Assembly (NCBI GenBank): GCA_035498405.1 | Contig: DATKAE010000027.1 | Coordinates: 64,154-128,153 of the forward strand | Source of the DNA: Thermoanaerobaculia bacterium | Lineage (GTDB): Bacteria; Acidobacteriota; Thermoanaerobaculia; UBA5066; Gp7-AA6 | Reading direction: 5' to 3' | Length of the DNA: 64,000 nucleotides | Shown here: piece by piece, positions 35,437 through 44,110 of the stretch | Numbering within the stretch: the stretch's first letter is position 1 | Layout of the letters: each line of letters starts with the position of its first letter | Notes under the pieces: generated by a model | What the model was told of the DNA's origin: nothing | Database searches by the model: none | Seen by the model: the letters and a program-made list of their open reading frames with translations, nothing else | Program-made: the position numbers and the translations under genes

Positions 35437-36564
35437 ATGGTCGATCTCGCCACCAAGAGCCTTCTTCACGACAAGCTGCGCTTCGCCATCACGGTCACGG
35501 GCGTCGCCTTCGCGGTGGCCCTCGTGTTCGTGCAGGTCGGACTCTTCCTCGGGCTCCTCGACAACGCCTCGATCACGATCGAGCACATCGACGCCGACCT
35601 CTGGGTCACCTCCCGCAACACGCCGAACGTCGATTTCGCTCACACGTTCCCCGAGACCGCCGTGCAGCGGGTCCGCTCGATCCCGGGCGTCGGCCGCGCG
35701 GACAACCTGATCGTCTGGTTCATGACCGTCAACCTGCCGAGCGGCGCGCAGGAGGGCACTCTCGCCTACGCGCTCGAGGACTTTCGGCGCTGGAACATCC
35801 CCTGGAACGTGGAGGAGGGAGACCTTTCGGACCTGCGCCGAGGGCAGTATTTCTTCCTCGACGACTCCGCGGTAAAGCGCTATGGCCCATTTCGGGTCGG
35901 CGAGTACCGAGAGGTCCTGGGACAGCGGTTGAAGATCATCGGCCGCACGAAAGATGCCCGCTCCTTCACGACGACGCCCATCTCCTTCATGGATTTCGAG
36001 CGCGCGCAGAAGCTCTCCTACCAGCAGCTCGCCAACAAGACGACCTATGTGCTGGTCAAGCTCGCGCCGGGCGCCGACGTCGAGCGTGTCCGCGCGGAAA
36101 TCCGGCGGCGCCTGCCGTACAACGACGTCTACACGAAGAAGGAATGGGCGAGGCGTTCCCGCTCCTACTGGGTCGAGTCGACCGGCATCGGATTGAACAT
36201 GGTTCTGACGGTCTTCCTCGGCTGCCTCGTCGGGATCGTCGTCGTCGCGCAGACCCTGTACACCTCCACGATGGAGCACATCAAGGAATTCGGGACGGTC
36301 AAGGCGATCGGCGGAGGCAACGGCGACATCTACCGGATCCTGGGAAAGCAGGCGGCCATCGCGGCTGTCGTCGGCTTCCTCCTCGGCGCCGCGATGTCGT
36401 ACGCCATGCGCCCGGCGATCGCCAGGATCGACCTGAAGCTGATCATTCCGACGTCCTTGTCCTTGATCGTCTTCGCCGGCGCCGTCGTGATGTGCCTGGC
36501 GGCCGCGATGATCTCGTTCCGCAAGGTGGCCTCGATCGACCCGGCGCTGGTGTTCCGGACCTGA
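35437..36564 (+). CDS. ABC transporter permease, FtsX/MacB-like
   Basis: ATG at 35437. One N-terminal TM, a large periplasmic domain and three C-terminal TMs including 'GTVKAIGG'. Confidence 0.85.
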   Translation: MVDLATKSLLHDKLRFAITVTGVAFAVALVFVQVGLFLGLLDNASITIEHIDADLWVTSRNTPNVDFAHTFPETAVQRVRSIPGVGRADNLIVWFMTVNLPSGAQEGTLAYALEDFRRWNIPWNVEEGDLSDLRRGQYFFLDDSAVKRYGPFRVGEYREVLGQRLKIIGRTKDARSFTTTPISFMDFERAQKLSYQQLANKTTYVLVKLAPGADVERVRAEIRRRLPYNDVYTKKEWARRSRSYWVESTGIGLNMVLTVFLGCLVGIVVVAQTLYTSTMEHIKEFGTVKAIGGGNGDIYRILGKQAAIAAVVGFLLGAAMSYAMRPAIARIDLKLIIPTSLSLIVFAGAVVMCLAAAMISFRKVASIDPALVFRT

Positions 36565-36598
36565 GGCGAGGGGCGAGGGAAGAACGAAAGGAAAGCAC

Positions 36599-37285
36599 AT
36601 GAGGGTTCTTGAGGCGAGCGAGGTGACGAAGGAGTTCCGCGAGGGGCGGGAGACCGTTCCGGTCTTGAAGGGAGTGTCGCTCGCGCTCGATCGCGGGGAG
36701 ATCGTCGCGCTCGAAGGCCCCTCGGGGTCCGGCAAGACGACGTTTCTCTCGATCCTCGGCTGCATCTTGACGCCCACCTCGGGCCGCATCGTCGTGGACG
36801 GGGAGCACGTGGATCCGAGCCGCCCCGGCCGGCTCCCGGCGATCCGCCGGAAGTCGATCGGGTTCGTGTTCCAGCAGTTCAACCTCTTTCCCTCGCTGAC
36901 GGCGCTCGAGAACGTCGAGTACGCGCTGAACGTCAAAGGGCTTCGCGATTCCGCCGCGCGAAAAGAAGCCGAGCGCGTCATCGAGGCGGTTGGACTCTCG
37001 GATCGCCGGCATTTCCTGCCGCGGGACCTCTCCGGAGGTCAGAAGCAGCGGGTCGCGGTGGCGCGGGCATTGGCCGGACAGGCGCCCATCCTGCTCGCCG
37101 ACGAGCCAACCGCGAACCTCGACTCTCAGATCGGAGGACAGATTCTGGAGCTCTTCCGGGATCTGGCCAAGAAGGAGAACCGCGCGTTGCTCATCGTCAC
37201 CCATGACCCGAAGGTGCGCACGATCGCCGACCGCGCGGTGCAGATTCGGGATGGACTCGTGTCGGAGGCTCGGCAGGCGGCCTAG
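36599..37285 (+). CDS. ABC transporter ATP-binding protein (MacB/LolD-type)
   Basis: Walker A 'GPSGSGKTT', signature 'LSGGQKQR', Walker B 'ILLADEPT' and H-loop 'VTHD'. Confidence 0.9.
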   Translation: MRVLEASEVTKEFREGRETVPVLKGVSLALDRGEIVALEGPSGSGKTTFLSILGCILTPTSGRIVVDGEHVDPSRPGRLPAIRRKSIGFVFQQFNLFPSLTALENVEYALNVKGLRDSAARKEAERVIEAVGLSDRRHFLPRDLSGGQKQRVAVARALAGQAPILLADEPTANLDSQIGGQILELFRDLAKKENRALLIVTHDPKVRTIADRAVQIRDGLVSEARQAA

Positions 37286-37287
37286 GA

Positions 37288-37366
37288 GAGGTGTGAGGTT
37301 TGAGGTGTGAGGGGAGAAGCGAGACGTTGCTGGCGCCTCGCCCCTCGCCCCTCGCCCCTCGCCCCT
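37288..37366. repeat. Opposed heptamer tandem repeats: (GAGGTGT-like)x4 then (CCTCGCC)x4
   Basis: GAGGTGT GAGGTTT GAGGTGT GAGGGGA lies at 37288-37315. CCTCGCC x4 lies at 37336-37363. Both sit between the ATPase stop and the adaptor-gene RBS. Confidence 0.7.
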
Positions 37367-37388
37367 CGCCCCTAAGTCAGGAGGAATT

Positions 37389-38273
37389 ATGAAAGATCCA
37401 GTTCGGTGGAAGCGAGTCCTCTGGCCGGTGTTGGGACTCTCGCTGCTGGCGTTTGTCGTCCTGCAGGCGCGCGCCGCGACGGCACCCCGCCGGGCACCCG
37501 CGGCTGCGGCCGCTTCGCCGGCACCGGCTCGCCTCGCGGCCGAGGGGCGACTGGTGGCTTACCCGGGAGCCGAGGCGATCGTCGGTACCGACCTGGCCGG
37601 CACGGTTGTCTCTCTGCCGGTGCACGAGAAGGACACCGTTCGAAAGGGGCAGGTCTTAGCCGAGCTGCGCTCCGACGACTACCGAGCGGCGCTCGCCGAG
37701 GCGAAGGCTCGAGTCGTCGAGGCCGACGCGGACATCCGTCTGTTCGAGGCCGAGGTCGAGCGGGCGCAGGCCCTCTGGAAGAAAGAGGTCGGGACCAAGC
37801 AGCAGCTCGACCGGGCCGAGCGCGACCTCGAAGCGGGCCGCGCGCGACGCGAGACCGCTGCCGCGACGGCACGCCGACTCGAGGCGACCCTCGCCAAGAC
37901 ACGGATCCTCTCTCCGATCGACGGCGTGGTGGTGGCGCGGCACGTCGAGCCCGGTGAGACGCTGGAGGCTGGCAAGCCCGTCGTGACCGTCGCCGACCTC
38001 GCGCGAACCCGCATCGAGGCGGAATTCGACGAGTTCGACGCCGGGCGCGTCAAGCTGGGCGCGAGGGCCCGCGTTTCCGCCGAGGGCTTCGACGACCGGT
38101 CGTGGCCCGGCATCGTCGAGGAGATCCCGGATGCCGTGACCGGCCGGCGGCTGAAGCCGCAGGATCCGGGCAAGCCCGAAGACACCCGCGTCTTGCTCGT
38201 GAAGATCGCGCTCCAGGAACCCACGCCGCTCAAGCTCGGCCAGCGCGTCGAGGTCGCCGTCGACCCGAAATGA
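37389..38273 (+). CDS. HlyD/MacA-type periplasmic adaptor subunit
   Basis: AGGAGG RBS. TM anchor present. Lipoyl motif 'GQVLAELRSDD', a coiled coil, and 'ILSPIDGVVVARHVEPGE'. Confidence 0.85.
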   Translation: MKDPVRWKRVLWPVLGLSLLAFVVLQARAATAPRRAPAAAAASPAPARLAAEGRLVAYPGAEAIVGTDLAGTVVSLPVHEKDTVRKGQVLAELRSDDYRAALAEAKARVVEADADIRLFEAEVERAQALWKKEVGTKQQLDRAERDLEAGRARRETAAATARRLEATLAKTRILSPIDGVVVARHVEPGETLEAGKPVVTVADLARTRIEAEFDEFDAGRVKLGARARVSAEGFDDRSWPGIVEEIPDAVTGRRLKPQDPGKPEDTRVLLVKIALQEPTPLKLGQRVEVAVDPK

Positions 38274-38373
38274 CGGCGGCTTGATGACCTGGGCCTGTTG
38301 GTCCGCCGTTCGATAAGGCGGACTCCATCCCCCGAGACGGGGCCTCGAGCGCCGAGCTAAGATCGCGCGGCCC

Positions 38374-39756
38374 TTGAAGAGCCCGAGCGCCCGAGCCCCC
38401 TACCTCGCTCTGCGGCACCGCGACTACCGGCGGCTGCTCATCTCGCAGTTCTTCTCGATGATCGGCTCGCAGATGCAGGTCGTCGCGATCAACTGGCACG
38501 TGTATCTCCTGACCCGCTCGCCGCTCGCGCTCGGCTTCGTGGGGCTGACACGCGTCCTGCCGATCATCATCTTCTCGCTCTGGGCGGGTGTCGTGGCCGA
38601 TCGGCGCGACCGGCGGCGCGTCATGCTCGCGGCGCAGCTCGGCATGACCGGCGTCGCCCTGTTGCTCGCGGCTTTCACCCATGCCCGCCGCGAGACCGTC
38701 TGGCTGCTCTACGGGCTGAACATGCTCTCCGCCTCGGCCGGCGCCTTCGACGGACCGGCACGGCAGGCGCTCATCCCGCGGCTCGTGCCGACTCACGACC
38801 TGCCGGGCGCCCTCTCGCTCAACCTCTCGGTCTTTCAGGCGGCATTCATCGGCGGACCGGCGCTGGCGGGCCTGATCATTGCGGGACAGGCCGGTCCGCT
38901 CCGCGCGGCGCACGGCCGCCTGCCGGCACCGGGAGCGCCCATCGACACGTCCAGCCTCGCCGTCATCTATCTCTTGAACGCGATCTCGTTTCTCGCCGTG
39001 ATCTTCGCCCTCGTCACGATGCACACGTCGGGTGCGCCCGAGAAGGGCTCCGACGTCGAGCACCCGTTCGAGGCTCTGAAGTCCGGGCTCCGGTTCGTCT
39101 TCTCGACGCCCTTGATGGTCTGGACGATGGGGCTCGATTTCCTCGCCACCTTCTTTTCGGGCTCGATGTCGCTGCTCCCGATCTTCGCGGACCAGGTGTT
39201 GAAAGTCGGTGCCCGCGGATACGGCGTGCTGGCCGCGGCGCCCGCCACGGGAGCGCTCATCGGATCGCTCTGGGTCTCCATCCGCCCGCTGCCCTCGGGG
39301 CAGGGCCGCATCTTCCTGACCGCCGTTGCGGCCTACGGGGCGTCGACGATCGTGTTCGGTTTCTCGCGCAGCTTCTTCCTGACGCTTCTGGCGCTTGCGG
39401 CAATAGGCTTTTCCGATGCGATCTCGACGGTGATCCGACAGACGGTGCGGCAGTTGCTCACGCCGGATCCCCTGCGCGGGCGCATGACCTCGGTCAACAT
39501 GATCTTCTTCCTCGGAGGCCCGCAGCTGGGCGAGCTCGAGGCGGGGCTCGTCGCCTCGCTCTTCGCCTCGGCCGCCGTTGGCGTGACGTTCTCGGTAGTT
39601 TCGGGAGGCGTTCTGACCGTGCTGCTGACGGGGGCCATCGCGGCCTGGGCTCCCGTGATCCGGCGTTACGACTTTCGCCAGCACGCCCAGTTGGTGCCGC
39701 CTTTCCCCGTCAAAGAGCCCACGCCGGGCCGGGCGGGGACACCCATCGGTCCCTGA
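38374..39756 (+). CDS. MFS transporter (EntS/MFS_3-like)
   Basis: 'YRRLLISQFFSMIGSQMQVVAINWHVY', 'AGVVADRRDRRRVM' and about 12 TMs. TTG start. Confidence 0.85.
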   Translation: MKSPSARAPYLALRHRDYRRLLISQFFSMIGSQMQVVAINWHVYLLTRSPLALGFVGLTRVLPIIIFSLWAGVVADRRDRRRVMLAAQLGMTGVALLLAAFTHARRETVWLLYGLNMLSASAGAFDGPARQALIPRLVPTHDLPGALSLNLSVFQAAFIGGPALAGLIIAGQAGPLRAAHGRLPAPGAPIDTSSLAVIYLLNAISFLAVIFALVTMHTSGAPEKGSDVEHPFEALKSGLRFVFSTPLMVWTMGLDFLATFFSGSMSLLPIFADQVLKVGARGYGVLAAAPATGALIGSLWVSIRPLPSGQGRIFLTAVAAYGASTIVFGFSRSFFLTLLALAAIGFSDAISTVIRQTVRQLLTPDPLRGRMTSVNMIFFLGGPQLGELEAGLVASLFASAAVGVTFSVVSGGVLTVLLTGAIAAWAPVIRRYDFRQHAQLVPPFPVKEPTPGRAGTPIGP

Positions 39757-40526
39757 TGTCCGCCCCGCCCTTCGAGGACGGTCTCGTCCTGGAAGCCTTG
39801 ACTGTCGAGGATCGGCGGTTGACCGCGTGCGAAGACCTGTCGCTGCGAGTACCGGCCGGGGTCATTTACGGCTTGCTCGCACGGAGCGGTGCGGGCGTGT
39901 CTTCCCTGTTCGCGGCCGTGGCCGGCGAGCGCAAGCCCGCAAGCGGACGTGTCCTGGTTTGCGGCACGGACGCCTGGAGGCAGCGTCGCGCCGCGCGCAA
40001 GCTGGTCGCGCGCGCCGCCCCGGACAGCCGATCCCGGATCACGCCGGTCGATCTCGTGGAGGCCGCTCTGACCCGCTCGCCTCGGGTGCTGCTTCTGAAC
40101 GGAATCGACTTGGGTGGGGAGGCCTCCGCGGGCCCAACAATTCGCGGGAAGCTCCGTGAGGCCGCCGCGCGAGGAGCCGCGGTTCTGCTGGCCACGAGCC
40201 ATGCCGCCGATGCCGAGGGTCTCGCCGACCGGATCGGCATCCTGCGTTCGGGCAAACTCGCGCTCGAGGACGATGCCGCCGCGCTCGCCCGACGCTTTCG
40301 CAAGATTCGCTATCGGAATGAGGTCACGAACACGCGGACGGAGTACGGCACCGAGCTCGATCTCTTCGAGGCGGTTCGCGTCCGCGTGAGGGGATGGGGT
40401 GTCGAGGCCGTAGTGTCCAACTTCTCGGACGACCTCTTCGACCGACTGCGGGCAAGCGACGGCATCATGGACGCCGAGGCCAGTGTCATGACGCTCTCAG
40501 AGATTTTCGACGCGGTGGCGCCGTAA
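39756..40526 (+). CDS. Degenerate ABC ATPase-like protein (Walker A Lys, signature and Walker B acidic residues missing)
   Basis: '[12 protein letters not shown]' replaces GxxGxGKS/T. No LSGGQ is present. '[10 protein letters not shown]' replaces the hhhhDE Walker B. 'TSH' is retained. The start overlaps the MFS stop (TGATG). Confidence 0.6.
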   Translation: MSAPPFEDGLVLEALTVEDRRLTACEDLSLRVPAGVIYGLLARSGAGVSSLFAAVAGERKPASGRVLVCGTDAWRQRRAARKLVARAAPDSRSRITPVDLVEAALTRSPRVLLLNGIDLGGEASAGPTIRGKLREAAARGAAVLLATSHAADAEGLADRIGILRSGKLALEDDAAALARRFRKIRYRNEVTNTRTEYGTELDLFEAVRVRVRGWGVEAVVSNFSDDLFDRLRASDGIMDAEASVMTLSEIFDAVAP

Positions 40527-40732
40527 CGGCGACCCAAACCTCTCTCGCCGAGCGATGTCTTCCAACTACAACTTTCGCCCGCGCGCCGCGGAGGTCCTGG
40601 TCGAGGACGCGGACGCGTTTCTCATCCGGCGTCGCGAGACTTTCGAAGACCTCACACGACTGGAACGTGGATAGAATCGCCCGACGCTCGGGCCCCGGGA
40701 AGGATCGGGCCCCTGGGAAGGGAGAAGAGGGT

Positions 40733-43531
40733 ATGCGGCTCCGCTTCGGGTTACTCGTCTGTCTCTTGCCGCTCGCCACGGCATCGCTCGCTCTCGCGCA
40801 GACGACGGGCTCGGTGACCGGCGTCGCCCGCGACACCAACGGCGCGCCCATGCCCGGCGTTCTCGTCACGATCTCGGGGCCTCAGATGCCGCTGGGCCGC
40901 TCGATGACGACGCGCTCGGATGGCGTCTTCCAGTTCCTGAATCTGGTTCCCGGCACGTATCGGCTGAAGGCCGACCTGAAAGGCCTCGGGAGCTTCCAGC
41001 AGGAAGTGGTGGTCGCGATCCTGAAGGACACGGAGGTCTACCCCGTTCTGCGCCCGATGGCGATCGCGGCCGTCACGGTGACGGCGGCGGTCCCGCTGGT
41101 CGACACGAAGGCGACCGACATCTCGACCGTCACGCCGCGCAGCACCCTCGAAAAGCTGCCACTCGTGCGGACGTTCAGCGGGACCTTCCAGCTCGCGCCC
41201 GGGATCGCGGAGTCCGGTGTGGCCATCTCGAACACGAACGTCGGCGTCAACGCCGGCGGCGGCCGCCAGGACAACACGTATCTCTATGACGGAGTCAACG
41301 TCACGAACCCGTTCTTCGGAGACCTCTACCAGGACTTCGCCGAGCTCGACATCCAGGAGGTCAACATCACGCGCGGCGGGGCGACACCGGAGCTCGGCCG
41401 CACCGGCGGCTTCATCGTCAACGGCGTGACCAAGTCGGGCACGAACACCCTAAAGGGCGACGTGCGGCTCGAATACCAGCCGGCGGCCTTCGAGGCCGAC
41501 AGCAAGGACCCGAATCTGCAGACCAAGCTCCAGCGTTTTCGCCCCGGTGTCGGGGCGGGTGGCCCCCTGATCAGGGATCACCTCTTCGCCTACGGCTCTC
41601 TGAATTTCTACCGAGTCACCGAAACCGATCGCGTCAATGCGCTCGGCCCGGTCCCGGATTCGAAGCTCGACATCAATGAGTACTTCATCAAGCTCTCGGG
41701 CCAGCCCAACGCCTCGCAATTGATCGACGCCTCGTTCCGGTATCGCGGCATCGACCAGACGTACGCCGATATCGGCTCGACCGACGCGGGCTCCACGGGC
41801 GACAACCCAAAGGAGATCGACCGGGTCGGCGTCTTCTCCTGGTTCTGGACCGTCAACCCCGTCTGGAACCTCGAGTTCAAGTACAACTACGACGACTATC
41901 CGAGCGGCGCCACACCGGTTACGCCGCTGCCCTACCAGCCGCCCTTCAACGCCGCCGACCCGGCCAGCGTCGGCAACTTCTGCGACCGCAACGACATCTG
42001 CACGGGAGGGACCTCGCTTTTCTCCAACGACGACAACTTCCAGCGTCAGGAATTCAAGCTCGGGACGACCTATCTGACCCAGGGCCTGGGCGCCTCTCAT
42101 CAGATCAAGGTCGGTGCGACCTACAGCGCCAACAAGGAAAACCTGAAGCGCATCGCCAACGGGTGGGGCGCCATCACGTTCACGACGTCGGCCTCCAACT
42201 GCGGGACCGACTCGAACGGCGACGCTCTGACGTGCTACCGCGCCCGCTACTCACCCGCGCAGCCGGCCCAGATCTCCCGCGGCCAGACGATCGGCGTGTA
42301 CGTTCAGGACCAGGCGACCTGGAACCGCCTCACCCTGAACATCGGCGTTCTTCTCAATCAGGACACCTACATCCCGAACGACAACGGCAAGTTCACGTTC
42401 GTCCAGGGCGACTTCACCGTCCCCAACTCCGATCTGTACCCTTGCGGCAGCGCGCAGGCGAGTCCGCTCGCTTGCACCTATCAGGACACGTTGACCATTC
42501 CCTTCTCCAAGCAGATCCAGCCCCGCGTCGGCATCGCGTACGAGACGGATCCGACGGTTCACGACAAGGCGTACGTCAACTACGCGCGCTACGACAACAT
42601 GGACAATCAATCCCTCGCGCGTGCGGCGGCCCCGATCCGTCTCTACCGGACCGACGCGTTCTTCGATCTGACGACCGGCCAGCTCTTGAACCAGGTCACC
42701 CGCACGAACCAGACGGGCAAAATCGTCCTTCCCAACATCGACCCGACCTTCACCGACGAGTTCAGCCTGGGCTACGCCCGCCCGCTCGGACACGGCTGGT
42801 CCGCGGAGATCTGGGGCAACTTCCGCTACACCAAGAACGTCATCGAGGATTTCCCCGCCACGGGCCGCCAGGACGATCCGAGCAACTTTCGCTACGGAAA
42901 CATCCCCGGCTGGCGAAAGTACCGCGCGGTCACGCTGGAGGTCCGGAAGGCCTACGGCTCCAACTGGACCATGGATGTCTCGTACACCCTGTCGCGCCTG
43001 GTGGGCAACTGGGACCTCGACTACGCCACTCAGCTTTTCTATTCCTCCTCCTACATCGAGGACGGCCCGGGAATCTACGTCGAGGACCCGAATCGAACCG
43101 GGGTCCTCACCGGGAATCGCACGCACGTCGCCAAGGTCTTCGCGAGCTACACCTTTCCTTTCCGCCTGAACCTGGGCGGGTACCTCCGGATCCAGACCGG
43201 CGCCCCCTGGCAGGCGCAGGAATTCGATCCCATCTATGGCACCGACTACCAGTACGCCGAGAAGGCAGGCAGCCGGACGCTGCCGACGTGGACGAACCTC
43301 GACCTGCTCGCGTCTTACGACTTCCCGATCGGCCAGACGACCCTTCGAATCGAAGGCCGATTGCTAAACGTCTTCAACTCGCAACCCGTCCTGAACGTCA
43401 ACCGGGATCTGTACTTGAACGACGACAACACGGGCCCCAACCCCAACTTCGGCCAGCCGTTCAGCGACTCGAGCTTCGCCGCCTACGCGCCGCCCCGAAG
43501 ATTCGTGCTGTCGGCCATCTTCAACTTCTAG
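40733..43531 (+). CDS. Oar-like outer-membrane protein (CarboxypepD_reg domain plus TonB-dependent-receptor-like barrel)
   Basis: Signal peptide present. 'GSVTGVARDTNGAPMPGVLVTISG' marks the CarboxypepD_reg domain. The long beta-rich body ends in 'FNF'. Confidence 0.8.
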   Translation: MRLRFGLLVCLLPLATASLALAQTTGSVTGVARDTNGAPMPGVLVTISGPQMPLGRSMTTRSDGVFQFLNLVPGTYRLKADLKGLGSFQQEVVVAILKDTEVYPVLRPMAIAAVTVTAAVPLVDTKATDISTVTPRSTLEKLPLVRTFSGTFQLAPGIAESGVAISNTNVGVNAGGGRQDNTYLYDGVNVTNPFFGDLYQDFAELDIQEVNITRGGATPELGRTGGFIVNGVTKSGTNTLKGDVRLEYQPAAFEADSKDPNLQTKLQRFRPGVGAGGPLIRDHLFAYGSLNFYRVTETDRVNALGPVPDSKLDINEYFIKLSGQPNASQLIDASFRYRGIDQTYADIGSTDAGSTGDNPKEIDRVGVFSWFWTVNPVWNLEFKYNYDDYPSGATPVTPLPYQPPFNAADPASVGNFCDRNDICTGGTSLFSNDDNFQRQEFKLGTTYLTQGLGASHQIKVGATYSANKENLKRIANGWGAITFTTSASNCGTDSNGDALTCYRARYSPAQPAQISRGQTIGVYVQDQATWNRLTLNIGVLLNQDTYIPNDNGKFTFVQGDFTVPNSDLYPCGSAQASPLACTYQDTLTIPFSKQIQPRVGIAYETDPTVHDKAYVNYARYDNMDNQSLARAAAPIRLYRTDAFFDLTTGQLLNQVTRTNQTGKIVLPNIDPTFTDEFSLGYARPLGHGWSAEIWGNFRYTKNVIEDFPATGRQDDPSNFRYGNIPGWRKYRAVTLEVRKAYGSNWTMDVSYTLSRLVGNWDLDYATQLFYSSSYIEDGPGIYVEDPNRTGVLTGNRTHVAKVFASYTFPFRLNLGGYLRIQTGAPWQAQEFDPIYGTDYQYAEKAGSRTLPTWTNLDLLASYDFPIGQTTLRIEGRLLNVFNSQPVLNVNRDLYLNDDNTGPNPNFGQPFSDSSFAAYAPPRRFVLSAIFNF

Positions 43532-43552
43532 GCCGGGCGAGGCGCTTCGGAC

Positions 43553-43578
43553 GGCCGGGAGCCCTCGAGCTCCCGGCC
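43553..43578 (+). terminator. 10-bp stem hairpin GGCCGGGAGC-cctcga-GCTCCCGGCC
   Basis: Lies 22 nt after the OMP stop and is followed by a weak U-rich tract (TTATCATTT). Confidence 0.4.
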
Positions 43579-43591
43579 TTATCATTTGCGC

Positions 43592-44101
43592 ATGAGAAAG
43601 CCCATGGGGCTCGTCCCGCTCGCCGCGCTCCTGATTCTCCACCTGCCTGCCGAGGCCGCTTCGCCGCCGCCCGTGCTCAAGATCCCGGCCTCGCCGGACC
43701 GGCCGATCGCGTCCGAGTCTCTGCTCGGGGCCGACCGCAGCGACGTACGCCAAGAGGACGCCCAGGGCGATGTGACGGTCTACCACGGCCTGCCGCTGCT
43801 CTCGGTTCTCGAGAAGAGCGGTGTCGACACCAAGACGATGCCGGGGCAGCGCAAGCTCGCCACCGCCGTCGTCGTCGTCACCGCGCGCGACGGCTACACC
43901 GTGGTCTTCTCGGCCGGAGAGCTCCTGATGCACCGCGCCGACCCGAGAGTGTTTCTGGTTGCCGAGACGGCGGCCGGGCCGCTGCCGGAGAACGAAGGTC
44001 CCGTCCGGCTGATCGTCTACGGCGACCGCTCGCGCTCCTCCTACGCTCTCGCCCGGATCGAGCTCAAGTACCTCGCGGAGAACACGCCGGCCAAGCGCTG
44101 A
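43592..44101 (+). CDS. Small secreted protein, molybdopterin-oxidoreductase-fold-like (function uncertain)
   Basis: Signal peptide present. 'GLPLLSVLEKSGV', 'ARDGYTVVFSAGEL' and 'EGPVRLIV' resemble the Oxidored_molyb fold. The start could be 43586 (TTG) or 43592 (ATG). Confidence 0.45.
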   Translation: MRKPMGLVPLAALLILHLPAEAASPPPVLKIPASPDRPIASESLLGADRSDVRQEDAQGDVTVYHGLPLLSVLEKSGVDTKTMPGQRKLATAVVVVTARDGYTVVFSAGELLMHRADPRVFLVAETAAGPLPENEGPVRLIVYGDRSRSSYALARIELKYLAENTPAKR

Positions 44102-44110
44102 GCGTCGCCT

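Noticed and set aside
37288-37366. Possible CRISPR array, or a clean rho-independent terminator, formed by the heptamer repeats. The 46-bp repeats at 62047-62162 were considered for the same reason.
   Set aside because: The units are contiguous without spacers and too few. No cas genes are present. The opposed heptamer arms pair only partially and lack a U-tract.
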